A DNA stretch of 61,196 nt. Origin: a virus. Taxonomy: Duplodnaviria > Caudoviricetes. The notes below the pieces were generated by a model. That model was given only the letters and a program-made list of their open reading frames with translations, was not told the DNA's origin and did not search any database. The position numbers and the translations under genes are program-made. Below are positions 1 to 7,732 of this stretch, piece by piece. Each line of letters begins with the position of its first letter. The stretch's first letter is position 1. The stretch is from positions 1 through 61,196 of IMG/VR virus record IMGVR_UViG_3300034068_000558; one strand, written 5' to 3'.

Positions 1-46
1 GCTAGATTCCGCTCAAATTCGGGGTGGTCTTGGCACGCGAGCCGAT
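1..46. repeat. Terminal overlap, copy 1 (circular assembly)
   Basis: 1-46 is identical to 61151-61196. Confidence 0.97.
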
Positions 47-79
47 TCCACTCCCCGTCTGTTTCTGGTGTGTCTGTAT

Positions 80-397
80 TCATGGTTTCCATAGGTTCAG
101 TGTTTTGAGGAATGCTTCAGCGCGTTGGGCTGCGGTGGCAAATACGATGTTAGCAACAAACTTTTGGAGTGCGTCTTCATAAAGCCGAATGGTTTGCGCC
201 CCAGCCTTGATGATGATGGACTCGGCTGCTGCCATCGCGTTGAGGTTGTTGAGGTAGTCGGGGCATTTTATGCCACAACTAACTCCGATCATGTTCCCCT
301 TTGGATCTTCCCAATATGGTTCGTAGAGTGGGTTATCCATTACTAACTTCCACCCACAGGCTTCTGCGATGGCGCTTCTTTGTTGTTCAGGATTCAC
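80..397 (-). CDS. Small phage protein, probable Phage ABA-sandwich-like family; paralog of 60262-60600
   Basis: AIAEACGW...PDYLNNLNAM...AEAFLK motifs. Confidence 0.7.
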   Translation of the reverse strand: MNPEQQRSAIAEACGWKLVMDNPLYEPYWEDPKGNMIGVSCGIKCPDYLNNLNAMAAAESIIIKAGAQTIRLYEDALQKFVANIVFATAAQRAEAFLKTLNLWKP

Positions 398-584
398 TGC
401 GGACCTCCTTCCATGCGGAGATGTTCCCGTCGCGGACCTTCATCAGCTTAGAGCGTTCATCGAGTGCAGCGTCGATCTTGTTCATCCAAGTAGATCTCTT
501 CTCGGGCTTAGAGTCTATCCAGCTTTCGCGGAGGATCGTTAGTTTTTCGTCCACTTGGGCAATTCGTTGTTGTTCAGGATTCAT
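387..584 (-). CDS. Hypothetical protein
   Basis: ORF overlapping both neighbours; starts MNPEQQR. Confidence 0.7.
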   Translation of the reverse strand: MNPEQQRIAQVDEKLTILRESWIDSKPEKRSTWMNKIDAALDERSKLMKVRDGNISAWKEVRSES

Positions 585-750
585 TGTTGCTGTATGTTAA
601 AAGTTGTTCAATCCAGTCATCATAAAACATTTTCAATGGATAGTTTTTCTCGTCTTTCCGATTGCAAAGCCTCCACTCATTCTCGAAATCCTCCAAGTTC
701 TTGATTTGTTGGAAGATGAAATTATCTAGGTCTATATGTTTGTGTTTCAT
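574..750 (-). CDS. Hypothetical protein (58 aa, below the ORF-track cutoff)
   Basis: Manual translation MKHKHIDLDNF...YPLKMFYDDWIEQLLTYSNNES*; coupled to both neighbours. Confidence 0.65.
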   Translation of the reverse strand: MKHKHIDLDNFIFQQIKNLEDFENEWRLCNRKDEKNYPLKMFYDDWIEQLLTYSNNES

Positions 751-1034
751 GAGTTCATTATTTTTAGGAGTGCCTTCACCGTCTTGACCTTTATTTTCTT
801 CTCATTGATTATGACGGTCAAGCCTCTCTTGCCCATGTCGTTGTCATAAACAAACCATGAGACCCATGCGCCGTCGTCCACCACGCTTGTCACGTTCTCA
901 AATCCGCGCCAAACAGCGTCGAAAAGTGGGCCGTTGACATCGAGGCATCCCGCTTTGATTGCGTTGTCGGTTGCTATCTCCAAGGCAAGGTGGGCATCAA
1001 TAATTATCTTTAGTTGTTTCTCGTTTAGTTTCAT
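747..1034 (-). CDS. Hypothetical protein (likely start MKLNEKQ)
   Basis: ATG in the AAACCATG context seen at other starts; WVSWFVYDNDMGK motif typical of small phage proteins. Confidence 0.7.
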   Translation of the reverse strand: MKLNEKQLKIIIDAHLALEIATDNAIKAGCLDVNGPLFDAVWRGFENVTSVVDDGAWVSWFVYDNDMGKRGLTVIINEKKIKVKTVKALLKIMNS

Positions 1035-1128
1035 GGTTTCTGGTTCGTTGGAGATCCGGTTACTGATCCGGTGTCCACTCTGACGAGGCGGCAGTTTCAT
1101 TCGTGGGGTCAGAGAGGCGCAGGAAAGA

Positions 1129-1300
1129 CAGCGAGATCCTGAATTACGCATCCCACCACATTCCAACCTCCGGTCAGGTCGCTCATCCGTGTCATGTTCG
1201 CTGTGTTTCAAGCGATACTCGACACAAACGATCCAACGGGATGCCCTCACTGCGGAGGCTGGAATGTGGTGGCACTCTGTATCGCTGAGTGCCAGTCGCG
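1129..1300 (-). ncRNA. Candidate structured ncRNA or leader (long rod-like hairpin)
   Basis: 20-bp inverted repeat 1153-1172/1253-1272 with nested inner stems; TTGACG on the minus strand at 1329-1334. Confidence 0.45.
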
Positions 1301-1347
1301 GGTGGATTCAGTCAGGCCGCAGCCTACTCGTCAACTTTTTTTCGTCC

Positions 1348-1722
1348 TTATTGGCAACTTTCGCAGTCAGGATCATCCAGCCTGCACGATTGCCCCAAAA
1401 GCTCGTCCAGATCGTCGTCCAGATCGTCGTCAATGGACTCCAGATGCATGGTCAAACCGCCGTCCATCCTACTCTCCAGCTTCTTGATCTTGAGGTTGGG
1501 AAGATTGGGATGATACTCGTTGGCGACTGATCCATGCTCGATGAATGGCCCGCCAGCAGGATCGATGAAGCTCAACCCTTCGACTCCTTTGGCATCCTCG
1601 GAGAACCCACCGCAACGGTAGAAGTCATCAACCAACGCCAGACGATAAACTCCGTCCGAGACTTTCGTTGCTGTTACGGTGTGTGTCCCGTAATGCCCTT
1701 TGATTTTAATTGGTTCGTTCAT
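1348..1722 (-). CDS. Hypothetical protein with an acidic linker and an NrdA-tail-like C-terminal CxxC
   Basis: Ends DDDLDDDLDELLGQSCRLDDPDCESCQ*. Confidence 0.75.
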   Translation of the reverse strand: MNEPIKIKGHYGTHTVTATKVSDGVYRLALVDDFYRCGGFSEDAKGVEGLSFIDPAGGPFIEHGSVANEYHPNLPNLKIKKLESRMDGGLTMHLESIDDDLDDDLDELLGQSCRLDDPDCESCQ

Positions 1723-1731
1723 AGGTTTGGT

Positions 1732-2421
1732 TCAATAGGGGTCTTGCCATTGCAGGTCGCAGTCTTCGCAGATTACTCCGAGCATGTAGTGGTTTATTTT
1801 GTATCGACCGCACTCACACTCCGGTTCGAATTGTTGTTTAATTGGGCGTCTATACAATAACCTTGAGGCCGTAATAGGCATCCCGACATAACTTGATTTA
1901 ACCCATTCGCGTTCATAGATATCGTAATACTCGTCACCCTCTTCAATGGTTGCGTCATCAGCCAATGCAACGTAACCGTTGTTATCTTCGTAGAAAGAAT
2001 CAATAGCGTCGCCAACAAGATCTTCCCACCCATCTGGTAGTGGTTGGCTACCAGAAAAGTATCCGTTTACCGACATGAACTTAATGTCGGCGTTTGGCAA
2101 CACGTTCCGATCGTCCTGCAACGTGTCGCAATAGTCCGCATCCATTAGGATGTTGCAGCTACAGGCAATGTGTGCCAGATGCGAGATACCGGATTCAGGG
2201 TCCAAGTTCTCACCGTCGCGCCATGCATTCAGGTGGCGCATAATCGCATTGATGTATGTTGAAGTGCATACTCCGGTATCGCGCCAGTTGAATGGGCCAT
2301 ACTTTTCTGCGCCGTTTTTATGTACCCACGCAGTCTGCTCCATCGCATAAGGAGGGATCAAGCCGAGTGGTGTTTTCGCAGCACCTGCTGCGCCTTTGGG
2401 GTCGTTGTATTGTGTGTTCAT
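1732..2421 (-). CDS. dATP/dGTP diphosphohydrolase-domain protein (DUF5664-like) with a C-terminal extension
   Basis: KTPLGLIP...GAEKYGPFNWR...AIMRHLNAWRDGENLDPESGISHLAH. Confidence 0.85.
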   Translation of the reverse strand: MNTQYNDPKGAAGAAKTPLGLIPPYAMEQTAWVHKNGAEKYGPFNWRDTGVCTSTYINAIMRHLNAWRDGENLDPESGISHLAHIACSCNILMDADYCDTLQDDRNVLPNADIKFMSVNGYFSGSQPLPDGWEDLVGDAIDSFYEDNNGYVALADDATIEEGDEYYDIYEREWVKSSYVGMPITASRLLYRRPIKQQFEPECECGRYKINHYMLGVICEDCDLQWQDPY

Positions 2422-3104
2422 AGAGATTGTTTGCCTTTCGGTTGGTCGTCGTTATCAAGGGTCTTCTTGAAGCCGATTCCGGCAGCGACGTGATACACGA
2501 TGATTCCTTCGGGGTTCATGAATCCGGCTGCGGCTACGCTTCCGTATTTTTTTAAGAATCGAAGAACGTAATCAGCTACGGGCACATCATCGTATGTTTC
2601 ATCAAATAGGCACCGATCAAGGATAGGTACTACCTTACAGCAGGAGGGCGCTTTTTGCGTGAACTTCGGCGGTGCTGTGGGGTTGTCGCTCGGGATTGCG
2701 GAGGTAGGTTGGTCATGCTTGACCCAACGTCCGGCATTGAACAACGAGAAGAAACGCTCGCCGTTCTTGAAGCCGTAGTTCCTTTGTATACCGCTGCCCC
2801 ACCATTCACCAAAGTGGTGTCCTACGCCTAGCTTTTTGAGTTCGTCGAAGTTGTAATGCATAGCCCATGTAGCAAAGCCGTAATTATCGTCGTTCGGCGT
2901 GATCCAACGGGTGCGTGATCCTGCTGCCATGTAGTGCAACTTCCCATCAATGTCAAATACGCCTAATGAATGCTTAGGGATTGGGTGGTCATTGGGAAGT
3001 TCCGCAATGTAGATGCTGGCATTGGTGCCATCAATTTTTTCGGTGATGATGCACTCGCGTGATAGGCGAGCCATCTTTGGAAATGGTTTAAATTCAGGTG
3101 TCAT
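2418..3104 (-). CDS. RNA ligase (Rnl2-like nucleotidyltransferase)
   Basis: Motif I TEKIDGTNA, GSRTRWI, FGEWWG, EGIIV, C-terminal KK. Confidence 0.85.
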   Translation of the reverse strand: MTPEFKPFPKMARLSRECIITEKIDGTNASIYIAELPNDHPIPKHSLGVFDIDGKLHYMAAGSRTRWITPNDDNYGFATWAMHYNFDELKKLGVGHHFGEWWGSGIQRNYGFKNGERFFSLFNAGRWVKHDQPTSAIPSDNPTAPPKFTQKAPSCCKVVPILDRCLFDETYDDVPVADYVLRFLKKYGSVAAAGFMNPEGIIVYHVAAGIGFKKTLDNDDQPKGKQSL

Positions 3105-3208
3105 GGTTTAGGGTAGTTGTCGTTGTTCCAACTGATGATTGCGTGCCACAAAGCGGCGACCACCAATGCCACGAAGATCCAGATCAGTGTAAATATGATT
3201 ACGTTCAT
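3101..3208 (-). CDS. Small membrane peptide (35 aa)
   Basis: MNVIIFTLIWIFVALVVAALWHAII...; ATGA overlap with the ligase start. Confidence 0.5.
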   Translation of the reverse strand: MNVIIFTLIWIFVALVVAALWHAIISWNNDNYPKP

Positions 3209-3319
3209 TGCGGGTTTGGTTTGTTTTTATCTAGAGAGGGTCAGCGTGTGGGGTTCTTTACTCACGTTTCCCTGTTTATCGGTCAGGGTGACTTCGATCA
3301 AGTCGAACGCTGTTTGTGT

Positions 3320-3532
3320 TTACGGCTTGCCGCGATAGTAGGGGTGAGCTTTGATCTGTGTGTGCAGGTGTTCGACGAGAGCAGAATCTCGTTCGTTGAC
3401 TGCGACATCGAACTTCGCCAGCAACGCATCAAGCGGTTCCGGCTTCTTGATCAAATCGTATGCTGCGCGAAATGCTTCGCCCTTTACAGCGCGTGGCAAA
3501 TCTCCTTTTCCTGCTCCGGTTCCGAATGACAT
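3320..3532 (-). CDS. Hypothetical protein (GKGDxPR family)
   Basis: MSFGTGAGKGDLPRAV motif common in small phage proteins. Confidence 0.65.
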   Translation of the reverse strand: MSFGTGAGKGDLPRAVKGEAFRAAYDLIKKPEPLDALLAKFDVAVNERDSALVEHLHTQIKAHPYYRGKP

Positions 3533-3597
3533 GGTGTGTTGGTTTCGTGTTACGGACAACCAACTACCTGAGATCCGTCAGGCCGTCAATGTTTTTT

Positions 3598-3831
3598 TCA
3601 GAAAAATAATTCGTCCTCCAGAAGAGCGATCAATTCGTTGAACGTCTCAGCAGACTCAAGGATCGTAATGTCCTCAAGATCAAACTCTTGCATCACCATA
3701 TTCTGAAACACCTCAAATTCTTCTGGCTCAAAGAAAGCTTCGAACTCCGCACGGAAGGGGAACGTAAGACGGTAATTCAAAATATCCTCAAGGATTGCGG
3801 AGAGGGCGTCGATAATGTAAAGCCTGTTCAT
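3598..3831 (-). CDS. Acidic acyl-carrier-protein-like protein lacking the DSL serine
   Basis: 77 aa, highly acidic, ...MVMQEFDLEDITILESAETFNELIALLE pattern. Confidence 0.55.
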   Translation of the reverse strand: MNRLYIIDALSAILEDILNYRLTFPFRAEFEAFFEPEEFEVFQNMVMQEFDLEDITILESAETFNELIALLEDELFF

Positions 3832-4331
3832 ATCTTGTAATGTAAATAGTAATGTGCAATTAGGGCCGCGTCAACCATTCCGTCATGAGGAGTCCTGCTT
3901 CGGCTTGTGGCGAGCCAACTCTCTTCGGGCCAGAGGTCATTGGCTACGGCAAGGGCTTTTACTTTGGTCTGCCCTTTTGCAAGCCTCTTGCCCAACTCGA
4001 CATCCTGCCACTCCTTAACCTGCACCCTGCATACTGGATATTGAATCGTCTCGCAAAGACCTAAGATCTTGCCGAAGGAGATGCTCATGGAGCGCATGGC
4101 TTGCGAAGACTTGGCGTGTCTGAGTGGTTCCTCAATAGCAATCAAAGTATTTAGGGGGGAGAAGTGGTCAAGCCAACCCAAAAGACCTCTGACGTAGACT
4201 TCGGTTTTGCCACTTGCCTCTTCCGTAGGCATTGCAATTGCTTCAATGACCGCTCCGTTGTGGCTGCTGATGGCACACAAGCCGCCGCTTATGCCGTTAT
4301 CCACTCCGATAATAGTTTGTATATTACTCAT
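3828..4331 (-). CDS. RuvC-like Holliday junction resolvase
   Basis: IIGVDNG, IAIEEP, HDGMVDAALIA catalytic pattern. Confidence 0.85.
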   Translation of the reverse strand: MSNIQTIIGVDNGISGGLCAISSHNGAVIEAIAMPTEEASGKTEVYVRGLLGWLDHFSPLNTLIAIEEPLRHAKSSQAMRSMSISFGKILGLCETIQYPVCRVQVKEWQDVELGKRLAKGQTKVKALAVANDLWPEESWLATSRSRTPHDGMVDAALIAHYYLHYKI

Positions 4332-4400
4332 AAAGGACCATTTACCCCAATAATAGCTTGTATATCACCCATAAACGACCGGTAATGCTTTAAGTATTGG

Positions 4401-4994
4401 TCATTCAACTTCTTCCGCTTCGACAACGACACTCGCCCCGCCGTTTGCGGCTTTGGCATTGTTGAGTATTGAGATATCGATACTCAGACCACCACCGGAA
4501 TTGCTGCCGCCTTTCGGGTTCAGACCTAAGTTGCGGCGGATTAGTTGGTCAAGCTCGGAAAGTTCACGGACAGTCCTAGGCCCTCGGACGTTCATCATGT
4601 TGTCGCGTAGCATTTTAATTGCGGACGCAGCCACATAGGCTTGATACTTATCCGACGGGCTCGCCTGATTCTCAGCAATCTCCAAGAGGGTTTGCTGCTC
4701 TTCGTCACGCGCAGAGAGTCTTGAGTCTTCGACGATAGTCGCAGCGACCTCTTCCAGATTCTTTTGAAAGGGTTCTTTCTCAGTCTCTGTCGTAGGCGGT
4801 GCAACATTAGCAAGCCACCGACAGACCGTGTCAAAACTAATGCCTAGTTCTTCAGCGATGCGAACTTTCTTCCAGCCCTCTGAAAACAATTGTTTTGCCC
4901 TTACAACCCTATCTGCTTTGGCTTGTCGCTTAGTGGCTTCAATCTGAGGGCGGGTTGCCTTTGGTTTTATTTTCTTCCCGAATATTTTGTGCAC
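4401..4994 (-). CDS. HTH protein, probable terminase small subunit (GTG start inferred)
   Basis: HTH KVRIAEELGISFDTVCRW; helical body; divergent from TerL. Confidence 0.55.
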   Translation of the reverse strand: MHKIFGKKIKPKATRPQIEATKRQAKADRVVRAKQLFSEGWKKVRIAEELGISFDTVCRWLANVAPPTTETEKEPFQKNLEEVAATIVEDSRLSARDEEQQTLLEIAENQASPSDKYQAYVAASAIKMLRDNMMNVRGPRTVRELSELDQLIRRNLGLNPKGGSNSGGGLSIDISILNNAKAANGGASVVVEAEEVE

Positions 4995-5004
4995 AACAAG
5001 GGAG

Positions 5005-5055
5005 AGACAAGCGCAAAAACAATTACTTGTCAAACCTTTTTTAATTTAGTAGCCT
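5005..5055. promoter_or_regulatory. Back-to-back sigma70 promoters sharing one -35 element (TTGTCAA)
   Basis: Plus: TTGTCA(5027)-17-TAGCCT; minus: TTGACA(5033)-17-TTGTCT. Confidence 0.5.
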
Positions 5056-5063
5056 CCGCTCGT

Positions 5064-6875
5064 ATGGGCCGCGCCAAAAAACAAAATCCAGATAAGGTAA
5101 CTACGTCAGTATTGGAGCCACGAATTGATGCGGTAAGTAAGAAGATGGATGTTGGGGGCTTCCTTATCCCAATCACCAGCACGCTCACAGCATGTCTGTG
5201 GGGCTTTGCAAACCACTCGTCGCCCAAAGCCCGCGAGTTCTATTTCTGGCGCGTTGCAGACATGCTGTGGAACAAGGATGACCTGCCGGAACACATGTTC
5301 TTAAGACATCCTTGGGCGGATAAGATCATCCACGAATGCATCAACAACAAATACCTCGCCATCGGGGGTGCGGCTTCATCCGGCAAATCGCATACCCTTG
5401 CCGGATACGGGATCATTAGCTGGCTTGCCGCGCCGAGGGACACCCTTGTGCTAATGACATCTACGACTTTGCGGGAAGCTCGTAAGCGGGTGTGGGGTTC
5501 CGTGATCTCTTTGCTCTCCGTGATTGACGGCGCACCGATCAATATCCGAGACTCGATTGGTTCCGCCAACTACGTTGATGAGAATGGCCAGACCTTCGAC
5601 CGCGCCGGATTGTCTCTGATCGCGGCGGAAAAAAGCAGGACACGCGAGGCAATCGGAAAGTTCATCGGCCTTAAGCAAAAACATGTGATCCTAATTGGAG
5701 ACGAGTTGGGTGAACTCAGCCCCGCCATTAAACAAGCCGCGCTCGCCAACTTGAGCAAGAACCCGCGCTTTGAATTTAAAGGCGCGAGTAACCCGTCAAG
5801 TCGCTTCGACGCGTTCGGGGATTGGAGCACGCCGAAAGATGGGTGGGATTCGATCACGCCCGAAGTGGACGACGAGTGGGTTACAAAATGGGGCGGCAAG
5901 TATATCCGGCTCGATGGGGAGCGCAGCCCCAACGTATTGGCGGGGCAAACGATCTACCCGTTCTTGCCCACGACAGAGAAAATTGAAGAGGACAAAGCCC
6001 TTCTAGGCGAAACGAGTAGGGCCTATTACCGAATGGTGCGTGCCGTGTTCTTTGACTCTGATGAGAACGAGGGTATCTACGGCGAGGCAGAGATGATTAA
6101 GTCTGGGGCAACTAAGGTGTGTGAGTTCAGCGGGCCTACAACGCTGATTGCGGGCGTAGATCCGGCCTTCACCAATGGGGGCGACCGAACAGTAATGTAC
6201 ACGGCACGGGTCGGCTCCTTTGCTAATGGGCAATACGGGTTACAGTTTGAGAACTATTACACACTAAATGATGACACGGCTAATAAGGCAGTGCCGCGTA
6301 CATACCAAATCGTACATCAAATCCGAGATCACTGTTTGAAATTAGGGATCAAACCGGAAAATGTAGCGATTGACTCAACGGGAGCGGGCTCACCCTTTTG
6401 CGATGTTCTTGCCGGAGAGTGGTCGGACCAGTTCTTGCGTGTGCAGTTCGGCGGCAAGCCCTCGGATCGGCGTGTGAGTATGAACAGCCAGTTAACGGGG
6501 GAGGAGCTTTACACCAACCGTGTCTCAGAACTTTGGTTTGTTGGTAAGGAGTTTATGAGAACCCAGCAGATTTGCGGGATCAATTCGGAACTGGCAAAGG
6601 AGATGTGCTCGCGCAGATACGACATGATAAAATCCGGCACGTTGAAGGTGAAGGTTGAATCCAAGGGAGAACTCAAACAAAGATCTGGCCAGTCGCCCGA
6701 CATTGCAGACGCAGCGTTTATTGCGCTGGATCTTGCAAGGCAGCGGCACGGACTGGTTGCCGTGGACGCCCCGAAAAACCGTGAGCAAGGGGTCTTCGGT
6801 ATGCGACAGCCGCGCACTCTTCGCGATCTCGACGTCGTCAGCAGGTCTAAACACTCACAGATGATATACGACTAA
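5064..6875 (+). CDS. terL: Terminase large subunit
   Basis: Walker A GAASSGKS, Walker B ILIGDE, RNase H-like GVDPA, IDSTG, SPDIADA. Confidence 0.93.
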   Translation: MGRAKKQNPDKVTTSVLEPRIDAVSKKMDVGGFLIPITSTLTACLWGFANHSSPKAREFYFWRVADMLWNKDDLPEHMFLRHPWADKIIHECINNKYLAIGGAASSGKSHTLAGYGIISWLAAPRDTLVLMTSTTLREARKRVWGSVISLLSVIDGAPINIRDSIGSANYVDENGQTFDRAGLSLIAAEKSRTREAIGKFIGLKQKHVILIGDELGELSPAIKQAALANLSKNPRFEFKGASNPSSRFDAFGDWSTPKDGWDSITPEVDDEWVTKWGGKYIRLDGERSPNVLAGQTIYPFLPTTEKIEEDKALLGETSRAYYRMVRAVFFDSDENEGIYGEAEMIKSGATKVCEFSGPTTLIAGVDPAFTNGGDRTVMYTARVGSFANGQYGLQFENYYTLNDDTANKAVPRTYQIVHQIRDHCLKLGIKPENVAIDSTGAGSPFCDVLAGEWSDQFLRVQFGGKPSDRRVSMNSQLTGEELYTNRVSELWFVGKEFMRTQQICGINSELAKEMCSRRYDMIKSGTLKVKVESKGELKQRSGQSPDIADAAFIALDLARQRHGLVAVDAPKNREQGVFGMRQPRTLRDLDVVSRSKHSQMIYD

Positions 6876-6885
6876 ACCATCCAGA

Positions 6886-7011
6886 ATGGACTTTTCTACA
6901 CGGGAGGAAAATCTGAAGAGTTTCTCAAACTAGTGTAATTCATAATAATTCAATAATTTATGGGTTTCAAAAAGAAATGAATTAATGAGTTAATATGAAT
7001 TACCTAAAGGG
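6886..7011. repeat. 126-bp AT-rich direct repeat, copy A (origin-like)
   Basis: Ungapped match to 32535-32660. Confidence 0.9.
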
Positions 7012-7046
7012 AAGAATACTTATAGGGTATCCTTTAGCGGTATTTG

Positions 7047-7337
7047 TTAGAGCTTGCTGACCACCTTATCCCATGCGGGCCAGAAGAGTTCGTCGAGGGC
7101 GCGGACGATGGGCTCCTGCTCGTAGTGCTCGCTCCAGCTTACGCCCGAGATGAACAGCGCGGCCTCAACCATTTCGTGGCGTAGCGTCTCGCGGAGGAGT
7201 TTCTTGTCCTTAAGTGTTTCCTTATCTAATTCGATGACTTTTGTCTCAGGCAAATACTGCCCGTAAGCCTCCCCTCTCAAATCCTTGACGCGGATAGGAA
7301 TCCTGTATCCTGCAATTTGAACGCTCTTCGGGACCAC
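7047..7337 (-). CDS. Small zincin-like phage protein
   Basis: YGQY...IELD...ETLRHEMVEA (HExxE variant of HExxH). Confidence 0.65.
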   Translation of the reverse strand: MVPKSVQIAGYRIPIRVKDLRGEAYGQYLPETKVIELDKETLKDKKLLRETLRHEMVEAALFISGVSWSEHYEQEPIVRALDELFWPAWDKVVSKL

Positions 7338-7423
7338 TGATGAAGCCTACAGGATTCAGGATACAGGGTCCAGCCCAAAATAAATACTTGCAATTTTGCT
7401 TTGAGTGGTGCACGATTCCGTGT

Positions 7424-7714
7424 GTGTCGATTCAATTCAAAAGAACCCCTGACGGTAAGATTAAATACCGTGGTGAGCTCTTTGCTGGTTTTAATAAACC
7501 CAAGAAGGCACCTGCCGGAGACCCTAAGAAGTACGTGGTGCTTGCTAAGGACGGCTCTAAGGTCGCCAAAGTCAAGTTCGGGCAACGCGGCTACGAAGAC
7601 TACTTGCAGCACGGTGACAACAAACGTCGCGCTAATTTTAAATCTCGCATGAATTGCTCCGAATCGAAAGACAAGACAACCCCTAAGTGGTGGGCTTGCA
7701 ACTTTAACTGGTAA
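7424..7714 (+). CDS. Conserved basic viral protein (DUF5754/DUF6321-like)
   Basis: KKYVVL...VKFGQRGYEDY..H.D..RRANFKSRMNC...KWWAC..W; GTG start follows TTGCAA-17-CACGAT. Confidence 0.65.
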   Translation: MSIQFKRTPDGKIKYRGELFAGFNKPKKAPAGDPKKYVVLAKDGSKVAKVKFGQRGYEDYLQHGDNKRRANFKSRMNCSESKDKTTPKWWACNFNW

Positions 7715-7732
7715 CTTTAATAATTAAAAACT

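Noticed and set aside
1-46. 46-bp repeat as a biological direct terminal repeat
   Set aside because: It falls inside an ORF, as expected for an assembler overlap.
747-1250. Long N-terminal extensions in the ORF track (747-1250, 4890 terL, 5033 terS, 7340, 32724, 33339)
   Set aside because: The extensions overlap promoters, structured RNA or opposite-strand genes; downstream starts fit better.
1150-1275. Rod RNA as SRP RNA or tRNA
   Set aside because: It lacks the GNRA-capped SRP domain IV motif and a cloverleaf with TTCG.
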